A stretch of DNA of 63,938 bases, counting the filler, from Collodictyon triciliatum (lineage: Eukaryota), in assembly GCA_043381765.1 (NCBI GenBank). It is 8 parts of 8 records of this genome, joined end to end, with 100 filler letters (N's around TTAATTAATTAA, not from the genome) between each part and the next. Parts side by side here need not be neighbours in the genome. Positions count along the whole stretch, not along the records: positions 27,419 to 36,454 come from JBHJMP010003189.1; positions 36,555 to 45,589 come from JBHJMP010003190.1; 6 more parts are not named here. One strand, 5' to 3'. The notes under the pieces were generated by a model. The model saw only the letters and a program-made list of their open reading frames with translations. It searched no databases and was not told where the DNA came from. The position numbers and the translations under genes are program-made. Each line of letters opens with the position of its first letter. Positions within the stretch are counted from its first letter, which is position 1. Shown in pieces: positions 27,974-40,883 of this stretch.

Positions 27974-30471
27974 CTATGTTAGTCTGTCATTAAAGTGGCC
28001 AGTTTCTCGAAGTTTAAGAAGGTTCCCACTCGATGATATAGCCCAGATGCATATTCTAGATACAGATGTATCAAAGGCGCAATCATTAATTTCCAACGGA
28101 CTTGAAAAGTGAGCCAAAATCCTTAAATCGTCAGACAATATCTAAATTATGGTTTCCAAGCAAGAAATAATTATAATTTTTTTTTTTAAAAAAAAAAGTG
28201 ATTTTGCGTGATGAATTCATAATATCAATTTCTCACATGCTTCTCTTTATTTCTGAGAGAAGTTGAATCTTACGAATCCGAGGGAGCTTTTAGCTATTGC
28301 TGAATTTGATGCTCCAATAACCACAACCAGATGGTCTGCGGGATGTACACCTATGGACACGAGTTTGGAGACCCCTTTGTATATTGATGTTCAAGTATGG
28401 GAATTAATCTCCAAAGTTCAGAAGATTTTTTTTAATGACATTGTATTTCACACGGCACATATCGTAGGGTGTATTAAATCAAGCACCTGGTAGTGTGACT
28501 TTGTCGGTAATATTGCCAAAAGAATGCTTCTCGCATGATAAACATATTACTGTGTTAGTGTGATTGAACACATAAGCGCGTTCTCCGTTATGAGAAAACT
28601 GTGCGTGGTAAGACGCCCACGGAACATTTGGTAAGGCGAAGGTAAGAAGTTCTGTTTCTGTTAAAAGGAGCAAGGTGAGTGTCGAAAACTTAACCGCTTG
28701 GCATAATGCTGTAAATCTAAGCGATTATATAAATGCCAAGAAATTTTTGATAAACTCAAGAACTTTGAATCGAATAAAGGGGGAAAAAATGATAAAATCA
28801 AGACACTTAACCCTTATCATCTAATGTGCATTCTTCCAATGATATCCTTCTAAAATAAATTTGCCCCATTTGACTTGAGCTAGGCATATTCTCTAAAGTT
28901 TGCCCTATCCAAAAATTTTCAATCGTGACAAGCAATCATGGAGCATAGCGGCATAAGCTAAAACCTCCATTAAAGAATTCATTTCATAAATCATAAAAGG
29001 TGGCATACCTGGAGAAACTGTCAACATGAGTAAATGTTTAAATGGATGGATTTGGAAGCGCCTCAGATTAGGCATCTTGAGAATGCAGCGATAGTTTCGC
29101 AAAGGATGAATAAGTTCAAAGTCGTCTTTTGAAAAGCGATTTTGTTGCATCTCCCAATCCCATATCAAGAGAGAACCCACATGAACAATAAATAAGTGCG
29201 ACTTTGATGGGTGAAACTGTATTTGTCGCGTGCCGCTGAGCCTCGCTTTGATCAAGACCTATCATAATGGGATAAGAATGATGAGAAAAGAAATCAATTT
29301 GTACGTGCTTGGCAAGTGTAATATAAACATGGCGATTAATTTAACTCGTCTCATAATCAAAGCAGCGAATACAATCAAGTATGAACCTTCTTCAGGATTA
29401 TATCCCACACTATTATAGCTCCGTCATGACCGAGGGATACTAAAAGATTAGGCTTAACTTTATGCATGTTAATACAAATGGGAGTGTGGTCATGTCCCGA
29501 CAATGCCGCAAAAAACCCAATATCATCGCGATTGACTAGTTTAATTGTATGATCTCCACACGAGACTGCCATGATGTTTCTAAGAAACGGTACCGATAAA
29601 AGGTGGTAATTGGTACAGTTTTTTCGAGTATGTTTGGTATTCAGATGATACAAAATGAGGAAAATGATAGGATAATGTTTTTACTTATTAAATATATAAT
29701 ATAATGTGTTTCTGGTTATTTTTTACCGTAAAGGATGGATCTCTACATTGATAAAGGGATTCGTAATAGGTGCTTTTGATTCTTCGACTCTATGTCAAAA
29801 ATATATTTTATCCTGTTCTTTTAATTTACTCTAATAAAAACCGAACAGAACTGGGTTATATGACTCTTACAGGCGTTCCAAAAGATTAACTTGCATTCGT
29901 CGTTTAAAGTTATATTTTTTCCCCTTTCAATATGTATTATCTCACTTTTCTCCTGCCTTCGCAGGGTTTTCATTTTTTTTTTCCCCTTATTCGATTCAAA
30001 ATCGCAGGTGTTTCTTTTTACTTTCCGCCTTTTTATTTCCTCTCTTATCCATTTCTTATAATTTTCTGGTTCTTTCATTCTCTTTTCTATTTACATAGAT
30101 AATGTATCTACGGGAATATATTACAGACAATGCTAAACTCTAACTTGAAGAAAGAAAGTTTGGGGTGCAGAATAAAGAGCATAGTGACTAACCACTCACC
30201 CAAATAGATATCCGCGCGGATGCAGAGCCCCCAGAATGCTTTTCTCCAAGGCGCAAAAGTCCCGTCTTTTGTGTTTCAGCTGCCACTGGCGAAGTGTGTG
30301 AAATATGTTCCTTTGGTGTCCTTCCTTGGGGCTCCTTCTCGGCAACTTTTCGGTGGCCTCTTTCTTCAGAAGAGACCCATCCGCGAGTGAACGAGAGAAC
30401 GCAACCACTTGGGGTGTATTAGGAGCGCTCAGGGGGCGGATAATTCGTCGTACACTTGGAATCGGTTGCAT
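27974..30471 (-). CDS. AMBRA1-like WD40 protein (putative DCAF), 8 exons
   Basis: MQPIPS...RNIFHTLRQWQ...|...EIHPLR|NIMAVSCGDHTIKLVNRDDIGFFAALSGHDHTPICINMHKVKPNLLVSLGHDGAIIVWDI|...IQFHPSKSHLFIVHVGSLLIWDWE...ILKMPNLRRFQIHPFKHLLMLT...EINDCAFD...RLT-TAG. Matches the AMBRA1-family pattern HGDHTVK...GHRRTPW...FHP...WD / LRAVxFHP...LLT / EVNxAxF. Confidence 0.68.
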
Positions 30472-31319
30472 AAGGTCAAGAGCTGCCTGATTCAATAGGG
30501 GGGATGGCCACGTTCGCACAACGATCGGACCTTTCCAACAGCCCAAAAAGCCAAGTCCTCAACTAGAGCATATATCGTATGTTGAGAATGGTGGCCCAGA
30601 CACTTCAGCCACCAGACTTTACTTGCTTTGTCTGGCTTTGTCTTGCTTCTACCCCGTTCAAAAAGAAAAAGAAAAAAAAAACATGTGCTTAAGCAACGCG
30701 GTGGGAATTCCATCGTAGAAGTAAGTTTCTGCCCAATAACAAAACTGCAGCAGTGCGTGCGGAACAAAAAGCCTGCGCGATTGTATCACTTCCTCACACT
30801 ACCTTTGCAGACTTTCCTGTTTGCCAGCGATGGGTTAAAATGATTTCGTGAGTAGAAATCAGTCCACGCCGTTTGTTTGTAAACTCCGCGAAAGATAAGC
30901 GTTGTCGCCTGTTGTGCTTCGTCCGCCCCATTCTTCCATCCCCACCTCGCATCCCTTGCCGCTTGGCAGCCTCCTCCACGTCCTTCCATTCCCAATGATG
31001 CACAACCAGGAAGTAATCCGCTTTCGTTTTGCTTATCTTGTGGAACCTGCTGTCTTCAGTCATTCTAAACCCATCAGCCACCAGCCACTTCTCTCCCTTT
31101 GGTGGCTTTAACACCCTCTCCTATTCTAAACACACAAACACATTCCGTCTCCGAGTACACCCTACCACTCTCCTTCAGCTGATATTGTGTGTGAATAGCT
31201 AGCACCACCACCCTTGCCTGCACAGTCCCCGCTACTCGTAGATATCTCACTCCAGTGGGAGTTCTCCACCTTGTTCACAGGTATGTGTATGCATCCTGTG
31301 GGGTTCTTGCTGTCATCCC

Positions 31320-32750
31320 CATCTTCGAAATATGCCCTTTTTTTCTTTATTAGAGAATGCATACCACTGCAATCTAATCAGAATGCAATAGACAAGAGCC
31401 ATCAGCTGTTTCCCAAATAATCACAGTTTCTTAGGATTCAAGCGGGGATGGTTTCGATACAGTCCCAGAGCCCTGCAATAAGCATGTTCTTTCAAGGAAT
31501 GTGTGCTGATGAAGCTTCATCGCAGACCAGCCGCGTCATTCAAGATTCCGAAAATATCATGCACATGATAATCCAGTTGCCGTGCTTTCTTGGAAATCTT
31601 TAGGTTGATGAATGAAATCGATAGGCCATATAATGGAGATGTATATCGGCATGTCATTTCGCCCTTTGCTCCTGTGTAATGTGTGTATGCAATGACTGAT
31701 CTCCTGAGCTCACAATCAGCTTTTCTTTTCTTTTTTTCTTTTCTTTTTCTTTTTCTTTTCTTTTTCTTTTCTTTTTTCTTTCCTTCTTTTCTGTTCTTAT
31801 TCTTTTTCTCATTTGCTTAACTTTCCTTCTTTGTGTGTCGCCTGGCGGCTTATGAAAGAGACTCTGAGTTGACCCAAAGTCACCACCAGAAATACTGCTA
31901 CATCCAAGAGAGCCGTCCAGCAAAAGCTGCAGGAATCATCCCATCTCGACTCTGGCTACAGACCACAGCAAAACAGATTGAGTTTGGATGTATTTGATTC
32001 TTGGTGTATCTCAAAAGCTTTTTGGCTGTCGATTCCATCTCTTGTATTCGGGTGGTTTTATACGAAGCGAGGGTTCTGTCTCGCCCATTTATTTGTGCAT
32101 TGCCAAAAAAAAAAAAAGATAGAGAGAGAGGAGAAGAAGCTGGATATAGCTGTTGATGAGTACATACCCCAGCTCTGTCCATATCCATTACCTAGCTTTC
32201 ATCTTGACACGGTAAGAAGTTTGTATAAGAGCGCAAAGCAAGTGTACTCTGAAGTTTGATGCGAACGGCAGCAGCCAACGACGTGTGATTTTGAATTGTC
32301 CAGGAACGATGACACTTTTGAAGACTGCAAAGTAAAAAAAGTGGCGAGTAAAAAGTGATATGTGGTATGTGGTATGTGGTACGACTATGCTCTCGATGCC
32401 ATCCTTTGAATCATGTAGAGGAAATAAATACTCTCCATGTCATCACAACATTCATATGGCTGCGATGTATCCATCCGGCATGGATATGCACGTAACTGGT
32501 CTGGTTATATTGGCTGGGTCTGTGCGATAAATTCCATAGGCCATGTGTGTATGACTCTATTTAGATTTTACGGATGATTTTTTCACCTGTGCCCATTCGC
32601 CCACGAAAACGAGGCGGGAGAAATATACCTCTAATCCAACAAATGACTTTGTGAGCCAAACGCCCGAACCAAGAGACAGACCACGCATCCTTTATATGAC
32701 CACGCGGTGTGATTTCGAGCGATATGGAGTTGCTAGGCCATATTGCAGCA
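31320..32750 (-). mobile_element. heavily decayed Tc1/mariner-superfamily (maT/DD37D-like) transposase relic
   Basis: Ordered minus-strand fragments across frameshifts: MA*QLHIAR/TPRGHIKD...AHKV (HTH), NVVMT-x-ESIYF (TDE), NGRDRTLA...HPNSICFAVVCSQSRDGMIPAAF (NDR...HPxSVMVW), GDQSLHTHITQE (QDxAPxH), QLDYHVHDIFGIL (PLDYxVWGxL), LWDCIETIP...LIKKKRAYFE (C-terminus). Confidence 0.5.
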
Positions 32751-34034
32751 TTATACTTTTGCATCTTTTCTCACCACACTTTGAATCGAATAAAGGAATA
32801 AAAAAAAATACTTTTGCATCTTTTGAGTATCTATCTTTTAATCATCTACTTATGTCTGCATGTATCTATGTATCCATTATTTGCAATATTTATGTAGCAC
32901 CTTTCGAAAACAAGAGGAGAATAGACGACCAAAAAATACAAGAAAACGAAGGAAATTATATGAGTGTGTGTGTTTTGTGTTTTGGAAATGCAGCTCATGG
33001 ATTGACCCAAGTGCGCCTGTGCGGCTCCATGTCATCAACTATATCGTGATGTCACCTCTACGCAGAGTACCTTGTTGTGCTTTGGGCGAGCTTTGGTGAG
33101 TCGAGTCGACCGTCTCAAATGAAGATAAGCCTGTATGATTTTGCAAGGAGAAAAGGGTGAGGCTCGGAGAAGGTTGCAGTGAGCTGCTTGTGAGAGGTTT
33201 GTGGGGTTGTGTGGTGGCAGAGCTTTCTGTGGCAACAGGGCGTGTCACTATGCGAGCGATGCACAACCGATAAGACGAGAGGGAACAAATAGAAATAAAA
33301 ATAAAAGCTTTTGCAAAAGTGAAAAAGTAAAACAAAGGGCGGAATAACTGGGCATAGAAAAATACTGGTGTTTAAGCTATTTTTCCAATAACTTACTATG
33401 AATTTACACCAAAAGCTTTTTTTTTCTATTCTTCTTTTCCCATTTTCTTTTCCTTTTTATCTTTCCTTTTCTTTTTCTTTTTTCCTTTTCTCTTTTCTTC
33501 CATTTTCTACTTTCTCACTTGTTCTCGTGTGCTTAGCCGAGAAAAAAAAGATAGCATTCCCAATCGCTATTATAATTTGTCGACTGCATCAGGGGCTATT
33601 TTCCGCTAAGAGTGGAGCGATTGCAATGCACCGTCCCAGGTTCGACCCGTCGTATATATATACATGTGTGTAATCGCAAACCAACCGAAACTGTGTTCCG
33701 AGTGTCTGTGGGAGTTTGTCTATAAATAGTTCGCCCGCACTCGGCACTCTTTTTTTTTTTTTCTTGTTGTGCAGATCACAAAAACATCCTTCAGCAGCTC
33801 GCCACACAACACAATCGAAGCTCGGAGCAGGAGTGAACGCGCCATCACGAGAAATCATGCGGCCAGCGTGATTGTCTCCTGTTTATCGAAGCTGTGATTC
33901 ATCGCGAGTGATGATTGTGGACTTGCTTCCTCCTTGCCTGGCGAAATTATTAAAAAAAAAAAAAACTTTAAAGACAGGGAAATAGTAATAGTAACAGTAA
34001 CGATAATAGTAAAAGGCTTTATCGCAACGAACGA

Positions 34035-34891
34035 ATGTCGCACGCGTCCATTTCTGAAGCCACCCGCGCCAGTTTCGTCAGATCCCGTTTGCAGGATGGA
34101 AATCTCACTGACAAAGCAGCTGCCGGGACTGGGGAGGTGAAAATCCCTGGCCTTGGAAACGCGGTAAGCCCCCTCGTTTTTTGCTGACTCCCATTTCACG
34201 TCTGGCATTTTGTTTCTGTCTCATGACATCTAGAAATATAGCTTTTTGTTTGTTTGTTTGTTTGTTTCTTTGTTCATTTGGCATATACCACCGACTCATT
34301 TTCCTCTGCCTTACTGGCAAATACCTGACTCGCAAATACCGCACCGAACAGGGTATCACAGCACTGCGCGCAGAGAACATCATCACCTACTACCAGCTGA
34401 TTGGGTCCATGTTTGCAAAGAACTGGATCATGGCTGACCTTAAAAAATACCTTCAGGGACTCAAGGTGGCGGGTGCATATATCGACACAATTCTGCTCCT
34501 TGTGTGTGAACACGTCCGCGTTTCGGCAGTTGAGGGTCAGCCTCTTGCCAACCAACCGGAGCAAACCTTCCACAACGGCCCTCTCGTCACGCTGGACGCT
34601 CTCAAGAAGGGCAGCCAGAAATCGCGCGACTCGGAGTCATCGTCCGAGGGTAAAACAAAAGAGGAGCCTTTTGCAATCCCGACATTGACCCAGAAGGACA
34701 TCGACCTCTTGGCCGACAACGACATGGTCACCTTCTATGAGCTGATCGGCCGCATGTTCACCCTGGGTTGGAAGAAGGAGGCGATTCAGAGCAGCTTTAC
34801 AGGATTCGGGTTGAAAAAAGAAGTGGTTGATTTCCTGTATGGGTTTGTTAGCAAGGCGATTCGCCTTGATGAGCTTGAAGGACGCGCGTAA
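34035..34891 (+). CDS. protein with two tandem barrier-to-autointegration factor (BAF)-like domains, 222 aa, 2 exons (34035-34163, 34352-34891)
   Basis: MSHASISEATRASFVRSRLQDGNLTDK...VKIPGLGNA|GITALRAENIITYYQLIGSMFAKNWIMADLKKYLQGLKVAGAYIDTILLLVCEHVR-linker-FAIPTLTQKDIDLLADNDMVTFYELIGRMFTLGWKKEAIQSSFTGFGLKKEVVDFLYGFVSKAIRL. Strong GTAAGC donor in phase 0. HhH-like IPGLG plus YQLIG match the BAF LAGIG...AYVVLGQF pattern. Confidence 0.72.
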
Positions 34892-35500
34892 GACCCTCTG
34901 TGGCATGTCTGAAGCCGCAGTGTCTCTGCATGCTGATGTGGCTTTCTGTGCAAGTCTTTCCCTCAACACATCTGCCGTCTGCACAGCAACAATGATAAAA
35001 AGAACAGAATCCTGAAAGTGCTTTGTGTCTTCCACTTTGCTTGGCTTTAAGGAATAGAGTTGGGAGATAGTGTCATTTTTTAAATATTTTTTTCTTTATA
35101 AAAAATTCATTGTAATCCAGTTCTAAAAAGAATAATCATCGTTGGGACAGAAGTGCGATGCGAATCCCAAGGTGATATCTGCCAGGGCGATATCATACGC
35201 AATCATGGAAAACATAAGGAGGAGGAGAAAAGAAAAACGACTCCCTAGTTTTTTAAGCACTTTGGCGTTGAATATATTATGACACCAGACTGAAAAATGT
35301 ACCATCAAAAGCATTATGTTTCTTCCTGAGGCAGTTGAGTTGTTGGTTTATTAAATTTTATTTCATTTGTGATTTTAGGACATGCGCAAATCTGGCGAGT
35401 GGGGATCTTCATCCGGCCGCAAGGAATTACATCCAAAACCGAGCCAGAGAAGCAAACACCTAACCAGAGGACCCACACGTTTTCAAGATTTCATTCGGCC

Positions 35501-36079
35501 CTATGATGAGGCATTGATGAGATTGCCTTCGTAGGATGAGGACAAGAACGCAGGAGAAGCTGGCTCTGTGTGTCGAAAAATGTAAGTGCGGTAAGTTGTG
35601 TAAACGCCACGGACCGGTTCGTTCGCAAAAAAAGTGAAAGTCGTGATGTTGTCGCTCCTCTTTTGATCATGGTAGAGAATCCAACTTTGGAGGTTGAATG
35701 TGGTGAGAGTGGTTGGCTTGCGTTGGACTCTAGAGTCGTCTTGAAAGTGGAAGGTTTTGTACTTTGTAGGGTTGACTGAATGGTATGTGACTGCGCCCGA
35801 TAACTTTGGTGTGTCGGGAAGCGTTGAAACTGCAGAGGCTGAACCGAGACTGCCAACAAACACGGCAGGGGAAGAGAGGGCAGAAGAGACATCAGGTTTT
35901 TTGAGAGATAGCTGCTTCTTATTTGGACTCGGTGAGGCGGTTGGAGTCTTTGCAAGTGATGGGTCCTTGGGGAGTAGATTAAGGTTCATCCTGGAGAAAT
36001 CCATGGATGTGCCTGTGGACCCTAGCAGCTGCACAATGCTTGAATGGAGTGGACTTTGGGAGATAGGCGGTGTTCCCCA
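35501..36079 (-). CDS. probable exon of a hypothetical Ser/Pro-rich protein (5' part missing)
   Basis: ~190-codon open frame preceded by a TTATTAG acceptor-like site, with coding-like composition. No recognisable domain. Confidence 0.35.
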   Translation of the reverse strand, partial: WGTPPISQSPLHSSIVQLLGSTGTSMDFSRMNLNLLPKDPSLAKTPTASPSPNKKQLSLKKPDVSSALSSPAVFVGSLGSASAVSTLPDTPKLSGAVTYHSVNPTKYKTFHFQDDSRVQRKPTTLTTFNLQSWILYHDQKRSDNITTFTFFANEPVRGVYTTYRTYIFRHTEPASPAFLSSSYEGNLINASS

Positions 36080-36570
36080 CTAATAAGGTTGATGTTTCAT
36101 GTGGGTTTAGGTCAAATGGGTGGGGTTGAGAAGAGTGGGCGGACATCATCGAGAATACGCAAAACATGTACGATTACCGATATCTGATAAAGTTGAATGG
36201 TTTAATATTAAACTGAGTATAGAGAGCGCAGCCAAATTTGTAAAATGAAATAAAAATGTAAATGGTCAATCTCACAGTTGATTTTTAACCCTTCTTAAAC
36301 TATTTACTCTTGATTAATTACTATTATTTGCTTATTTACGTATTTAAAATTGTTGGCTTTTTTTTTTTTTTTTTTTTTTTTTTGTTTTTTTGTTTTTTCT
36401 TTTTTGTTTTTTTTTTTTTTGTTTTTTTTATTTTTTCCCTTTCTTCTTTTTTTTNNNNNNNNNNNNNNNNNNNNNNNNNNNNNNNNNNNNNNNNNNNNTT
36501 AATTAATTAANNNNNNNNNNNNNNNNNNNNNNNNNNNNNNNNNNNNNNNNNNNNCTATCTTTTCCCTCAG

Positions 36571-36973
36571 CTCCAATGAGATATGTGACATCGAAGAAAA
36601 GATACCCACGCCCACCACCAAGTTTTACTTCAAAGTAAATATGTCTTTTTTTTTTAAAAAAAAAAATTTCTTTTCCTTAAATTTAATGAAAATTTTGCAA
36701 TGCATATGAATATTTAATTATTTTTGATGCAAGGCTTAATGCCTTTGTAAACCAGAACATAATTTTTTCTTTAGTAATTTTTTTTTTAAAAAAAAAAATT
36801 ATGCATTTTTGATAGACTCAGGAGCGGGCTTTTTGTGAGATTCCCAGCGATTATGATAGTGAGTGGGAGGATATTGCAAGTAACTCCGATGGAGAGGATG
36901 TGATGCATTTAGGGTTGTGTGCCCCGCGGGTTTCTTTACAAAATAGAACGAAAACGACAAGCCAGAGGCCTAA
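36571..36973 (+). CDS. 3' fragment of a hypothetical gene with acidic tail
   Basis: Exons splice to SNEICDIEEKIPTPTTKFYFK|TQERAFCEIPSDYDSEWEDIASNSDGED|NENDKPEA-TAA. Alternative frames are possible. Confidence 0.35.
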
Positions 36974-38421
36974 AAATAGTCCAACACATTACGGGTTACT
37001 GGACTATTCAAAGACTTGACTTTACAAGGAGGTCAATGCCATCACAAAGCACATTTGGGATTCAATGACAACATACGCGGGGGTAAATAACCAATCATAT
37101 CGTATTTTAATACAAATATAAATCCAATATAAAACAAAGAAGATGAAAATGACCACAAGCTCGCAACTGTTTTACCAATCTCTAAAATTTTATATAAATA
37201 TTTTATTTTTATTATTATTACTATGACAGGTTGTTGGACGGTGAGTTGCTCTCAATCAGATGAGGAAGCGTATTTTTTTTATGGAAAATACATATCTCCA
37301 TTAGCTCTTTATCCCTAATACGATGCATATAAGCTGTATGAGTTTAGATGCATATCATCATCACAACCACCACCATCACCACCACCGTCCGACCTAAGTT
37401 TTTTGTATTCAACATCCACAGTCACCGCATTTTCTCCTGCACAACTTTTAGGCTACCCAGACCTAGAAAACAAATATTTCAATACGCCAGCAACGAAACG
37501 ATGGAAATGATCGAAAAGCTTTTGTTGTGGAGATCCTCTTTCCAAACACATGCGAGCAGGTCTGTCAATAGAACAGCTCGAAGGTAATACCCACGCTCAT
37601 TCCTGAGTAATTTACCAATCCAAATATACATGTCAGCTGTTTATTTTAATTTACTTAAAACAAAGAAACTGATTTCATACAAAACACGAAAAGTAAAAGC
37701 ACATCGAATTACACTGCTGATATACCTGTTCTAGTAGCAAATCAAGATTCCAGTATCCACTTTTGCATCGTTGGCGCTACAAGCACATGGCTCAGGCTGC
37801 TCATGTTTTGCGCATACCAGACAAGTTTGGACTCAATTTTTTTGAAATTTTTTTGAACCTTTCATCTATATTTGCTCACAAGAGAAATAAAATCAAAAAC
37901 AAAAAACAAAAACAAAAACAGTACAGAAAGAGGAGGATCAATCAACTTAAATATTCATTTTCAACAGGGTTATTCGTGATTCAGAGGCAGAAATGAGGTC
38001 ATTTTTGAATATAACAAAACAAAGGGTGTGTGTGGATAATGAAGGTTACGAGTAAACGCGGGTATCACAACAACACATCTATTTTCTCCTTCTTTGTTCA
38101 TACCAGCAACTCCCATGCAAGGCTAACTATGTTCCAATATCATACTCTGCGAGAATAAAGTGTAAATTGAATACATGAAGAAAAGATAAGGAGCATAAAC
38201 GCACACTCCTACTCTTCGGTCCAGCTCAAAAAATGAGCAAAATAAATAATGCAGCCTTTAAAACTTTTTTTGGATGAGTTCACCAGACGCAACAATTATT
38301 ATTTTTTTTTTTAAAAAAAAAAGAAGTAGAGGAAATAATGCGCGACCAAACAAAGACAGAGACACCCGATTTCAAAGTGGAAACAAAAAAGAAGGAATGT
38401 TTAATGAAATGTGATTTGAAT

Positions 38422-40336
38422 TTATGAAGCTGATTGCTTGGCTTGTTGATACTCTACTTGCCCGTCTGTAGTTTGGACAAGGTCGACCACGAGATTCTCT
38501 TGCTCCACGTCTTCTCCATCGAGCTCAAGATTTTCCAGCAAATTAGAGGGCCCGCTTGCTGATTCTCCGAGAGGGTTTAGTTCCAGGCGGTAAACTAATC
38601 GGTGTTTACTAGCTTTATCCACAACATAGACATCGGAATATTAAAGTTTTTTTTTTTTTTTTTTAGAAAAGATAATAATAAAAAGATGAAATCGTGGATG
38701 AGTTCTGACCATCCTCTTGAAAATGACCAAAGTCTGTGCCACCGACGACCACCATCTTCCTGAGATTTGTAATATTTCATATTACCATAATTACAAGGAT
38801 GCAGCAGCAATATCAAAAGATGCAAGAAGTCAAAGAAACCACAATAACATGATGGGTATTATACGTCGCTATGATTGCTGCGGTGTGACCGAGGCGTGCA
38901 CTTGGTTTCGGCTTCTGTTCTGGATCTTCGATTTGAGCCCATTCACTTTTTTCTACATTTTACAGGGATGAACCCGTTATTATTATTATTATTATTATTA
39001 TTTGCTGAAAATAGTGAAGGATTTCATAGCCGATAAATTCATGATGAAAACGAAGTTTACAGATATGAATAAAACAACTTTCACGGGCGTTCCTTTCATT
39101 TGATTACGCACCGGTGTCATACATCCACAAATCCCCGAATGGCCCTTCAAAATTGAATCCGCCAAACATTATGAGTTTCTTATCATATGCAACGCATGTA
39201 TGTCCCGACCGGGCAGCTGGCCATGTACCTGTCGTGTTCACTTTTTTCCATTGGGATTTCTCTAAATGCAGATGATGCTTTTTTCAATATGGTATCTTTT
39301 TTTTTAAAAAAAAAATATGTAAAGGGGAAACAAGGCAACCTGTGTCAAATATGTAAAGGTCTGAGAGAGCAGCGGAAGATGTCATCCCCCCAAACATGTA
39401 AATACAATGCCCGACAGATACAAAACTGTAAACATTATTCATTTTAGACATTGATAGTTTATAATACCCGATAAAAAAATAAAAGTGGGTTAATTTACAT
39501 ACAAGTTATATTTTAAAAAAAAAACAGTAAGAAATGCGCATTACCTATGTCCTCCGCGGGGCGGTGGTGTTGTTTTTTGGTCGGTTGTTATTCGAGTCCA
39601 TTCAAAAGTTGCTTTAAAAGGAGTGAAAAGTTGGTAGAAGGCAAACTGTGTCATTATTTTCAATCAAAATGCATTGCGATGTTGCAGAAAATATGTGTTT
39701 GTGGCATTCTAATCAGATTTATCTAATAACGATAACGATAATGATTCTAAGTATCATTTGCAGCAAACATTCAAATTGTACTTGTAAAGATCAATAACAA
39801 AGTATTTTGACATACATGGATTGAGTGCGTACATATTCGAGTCATTTACTGGCTGATTTCCCAGTAGGAAACCACCCCACATAAACACACTCGACTGAGC
39901 AAAAGCCATGCGGTGCAAATTTCTGGCGCAAGGAATATCTCCCTGTAGCGTTAGTTTCAACCAGCGAAAGCTATCTTCAGGGAATAATGATGAAAATTAT
40001 AGATGCAATAAAGTTTGATAGTTGATGTTGATGTTGATGTAAAAAAAAATTATCCGTATCGAGAGCAGAAAACATATTGACGAACTGGAAAGAAAAAAAA
40101 CATGAACAACAACAAATTAACATAAAGTTAGATACATATATACACCTGTGTTTGCCACATATATGTCGTCAAATAGCGAGTCGCCACCATCAGTTCCGCC
40201 GAACAAAAACACACGAGTCCCTCCAGCTACGGAAACCACAGAGTGCTCATATCTTGCAGTTGGGGGTACTCCGTCCATATTGCACAGTGACCACTCCCAT
40301 TCTCCTATGAATGAGCGGGCGAGATGGATGGGAATA

Positions 40337-40433
<97 letters not shown>

Positions 40434-40883
40434 TTAAAAGAAAATGAAAGAAGAAATAGAAGAATGAAAGATAATATGAATAAAGATATCAAGATATACT
40501 TTACATGAATTATATCTTGATATCAAAAAAAAACTATTAAGGAATAATCATTTATAAGGCAAAATCCCACATCCACAAAGCTGCACAACCCAACGACAAT
40601 GAAAAGATAAACACCACACACTAGTTGACCCTCTCGAGAAGGTCTCATCCACAAAAGCAGACTGCACAGAGCACACACCAACAACACCACCAAACAGCAG
40701 AAACAAACCGTGCGCGTTGATCGTCAGCAGAAGAGAGTCGTCTGAGACTCCGGACGGATCGGCCCCACCAAAATGCCACAGACACGGGCGTCCGCTTTTC
40801 AGCACAGGACACAAGGACGAGCCGATGCGGGGAAGCGGAAGCGGGCCAACCGGGTGGATTTTGCGCCAGTCCAGCTGCGGCAT
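38422..40883 (-). CDS. RABEPK: kelch-repeat protein, Rab9 effector p40 (RABEPK)-like, 8 exons
   Basis: Six kelch blades: PRIGSS...HFGGADPSG; ARYEHSVV...FLFGGTDG; PCARNLH...FMWGGFLLGNQPVNDSNMY; PRGGHSFV...MFGGMTSSAALSDL; ARSGHTC...MFGGFN; ARLGHTA...VVGGTDFG. GGADP, RYEH and QPVxD match RABEPK. Confidence 0.7.
38665..38773 (+). repeat. 109-bp direct repeat, copy 1 (kelch exon plus intron); copy 2 at 45481-45589
   Basis: Copies are identical except G38744 vs A45560. Confidence 0.95.
40337..40432 (+). repeat. (ATT)n intronic microsatellite
   Basis: Visible trinucleotide repeat. Confidence 0.95.

Noticed and set aside
27061-27974. Joining the AMBRA1-like gene and the WD40-TPR gene into one minus-strand WD40 gene
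   Set aside because: The AMBRA1-like gene has its own stop at 27974, and an artificial spacer between unrelated contigs separates the two.
34096-34140. Alternative frame MEISLTKQLPGLGR, also containing PGLG
   Set aside because: Ends in TGA. The other frame has an upstream ATG, BAF-like N-terminal similarity and a strong phase-0 donor.
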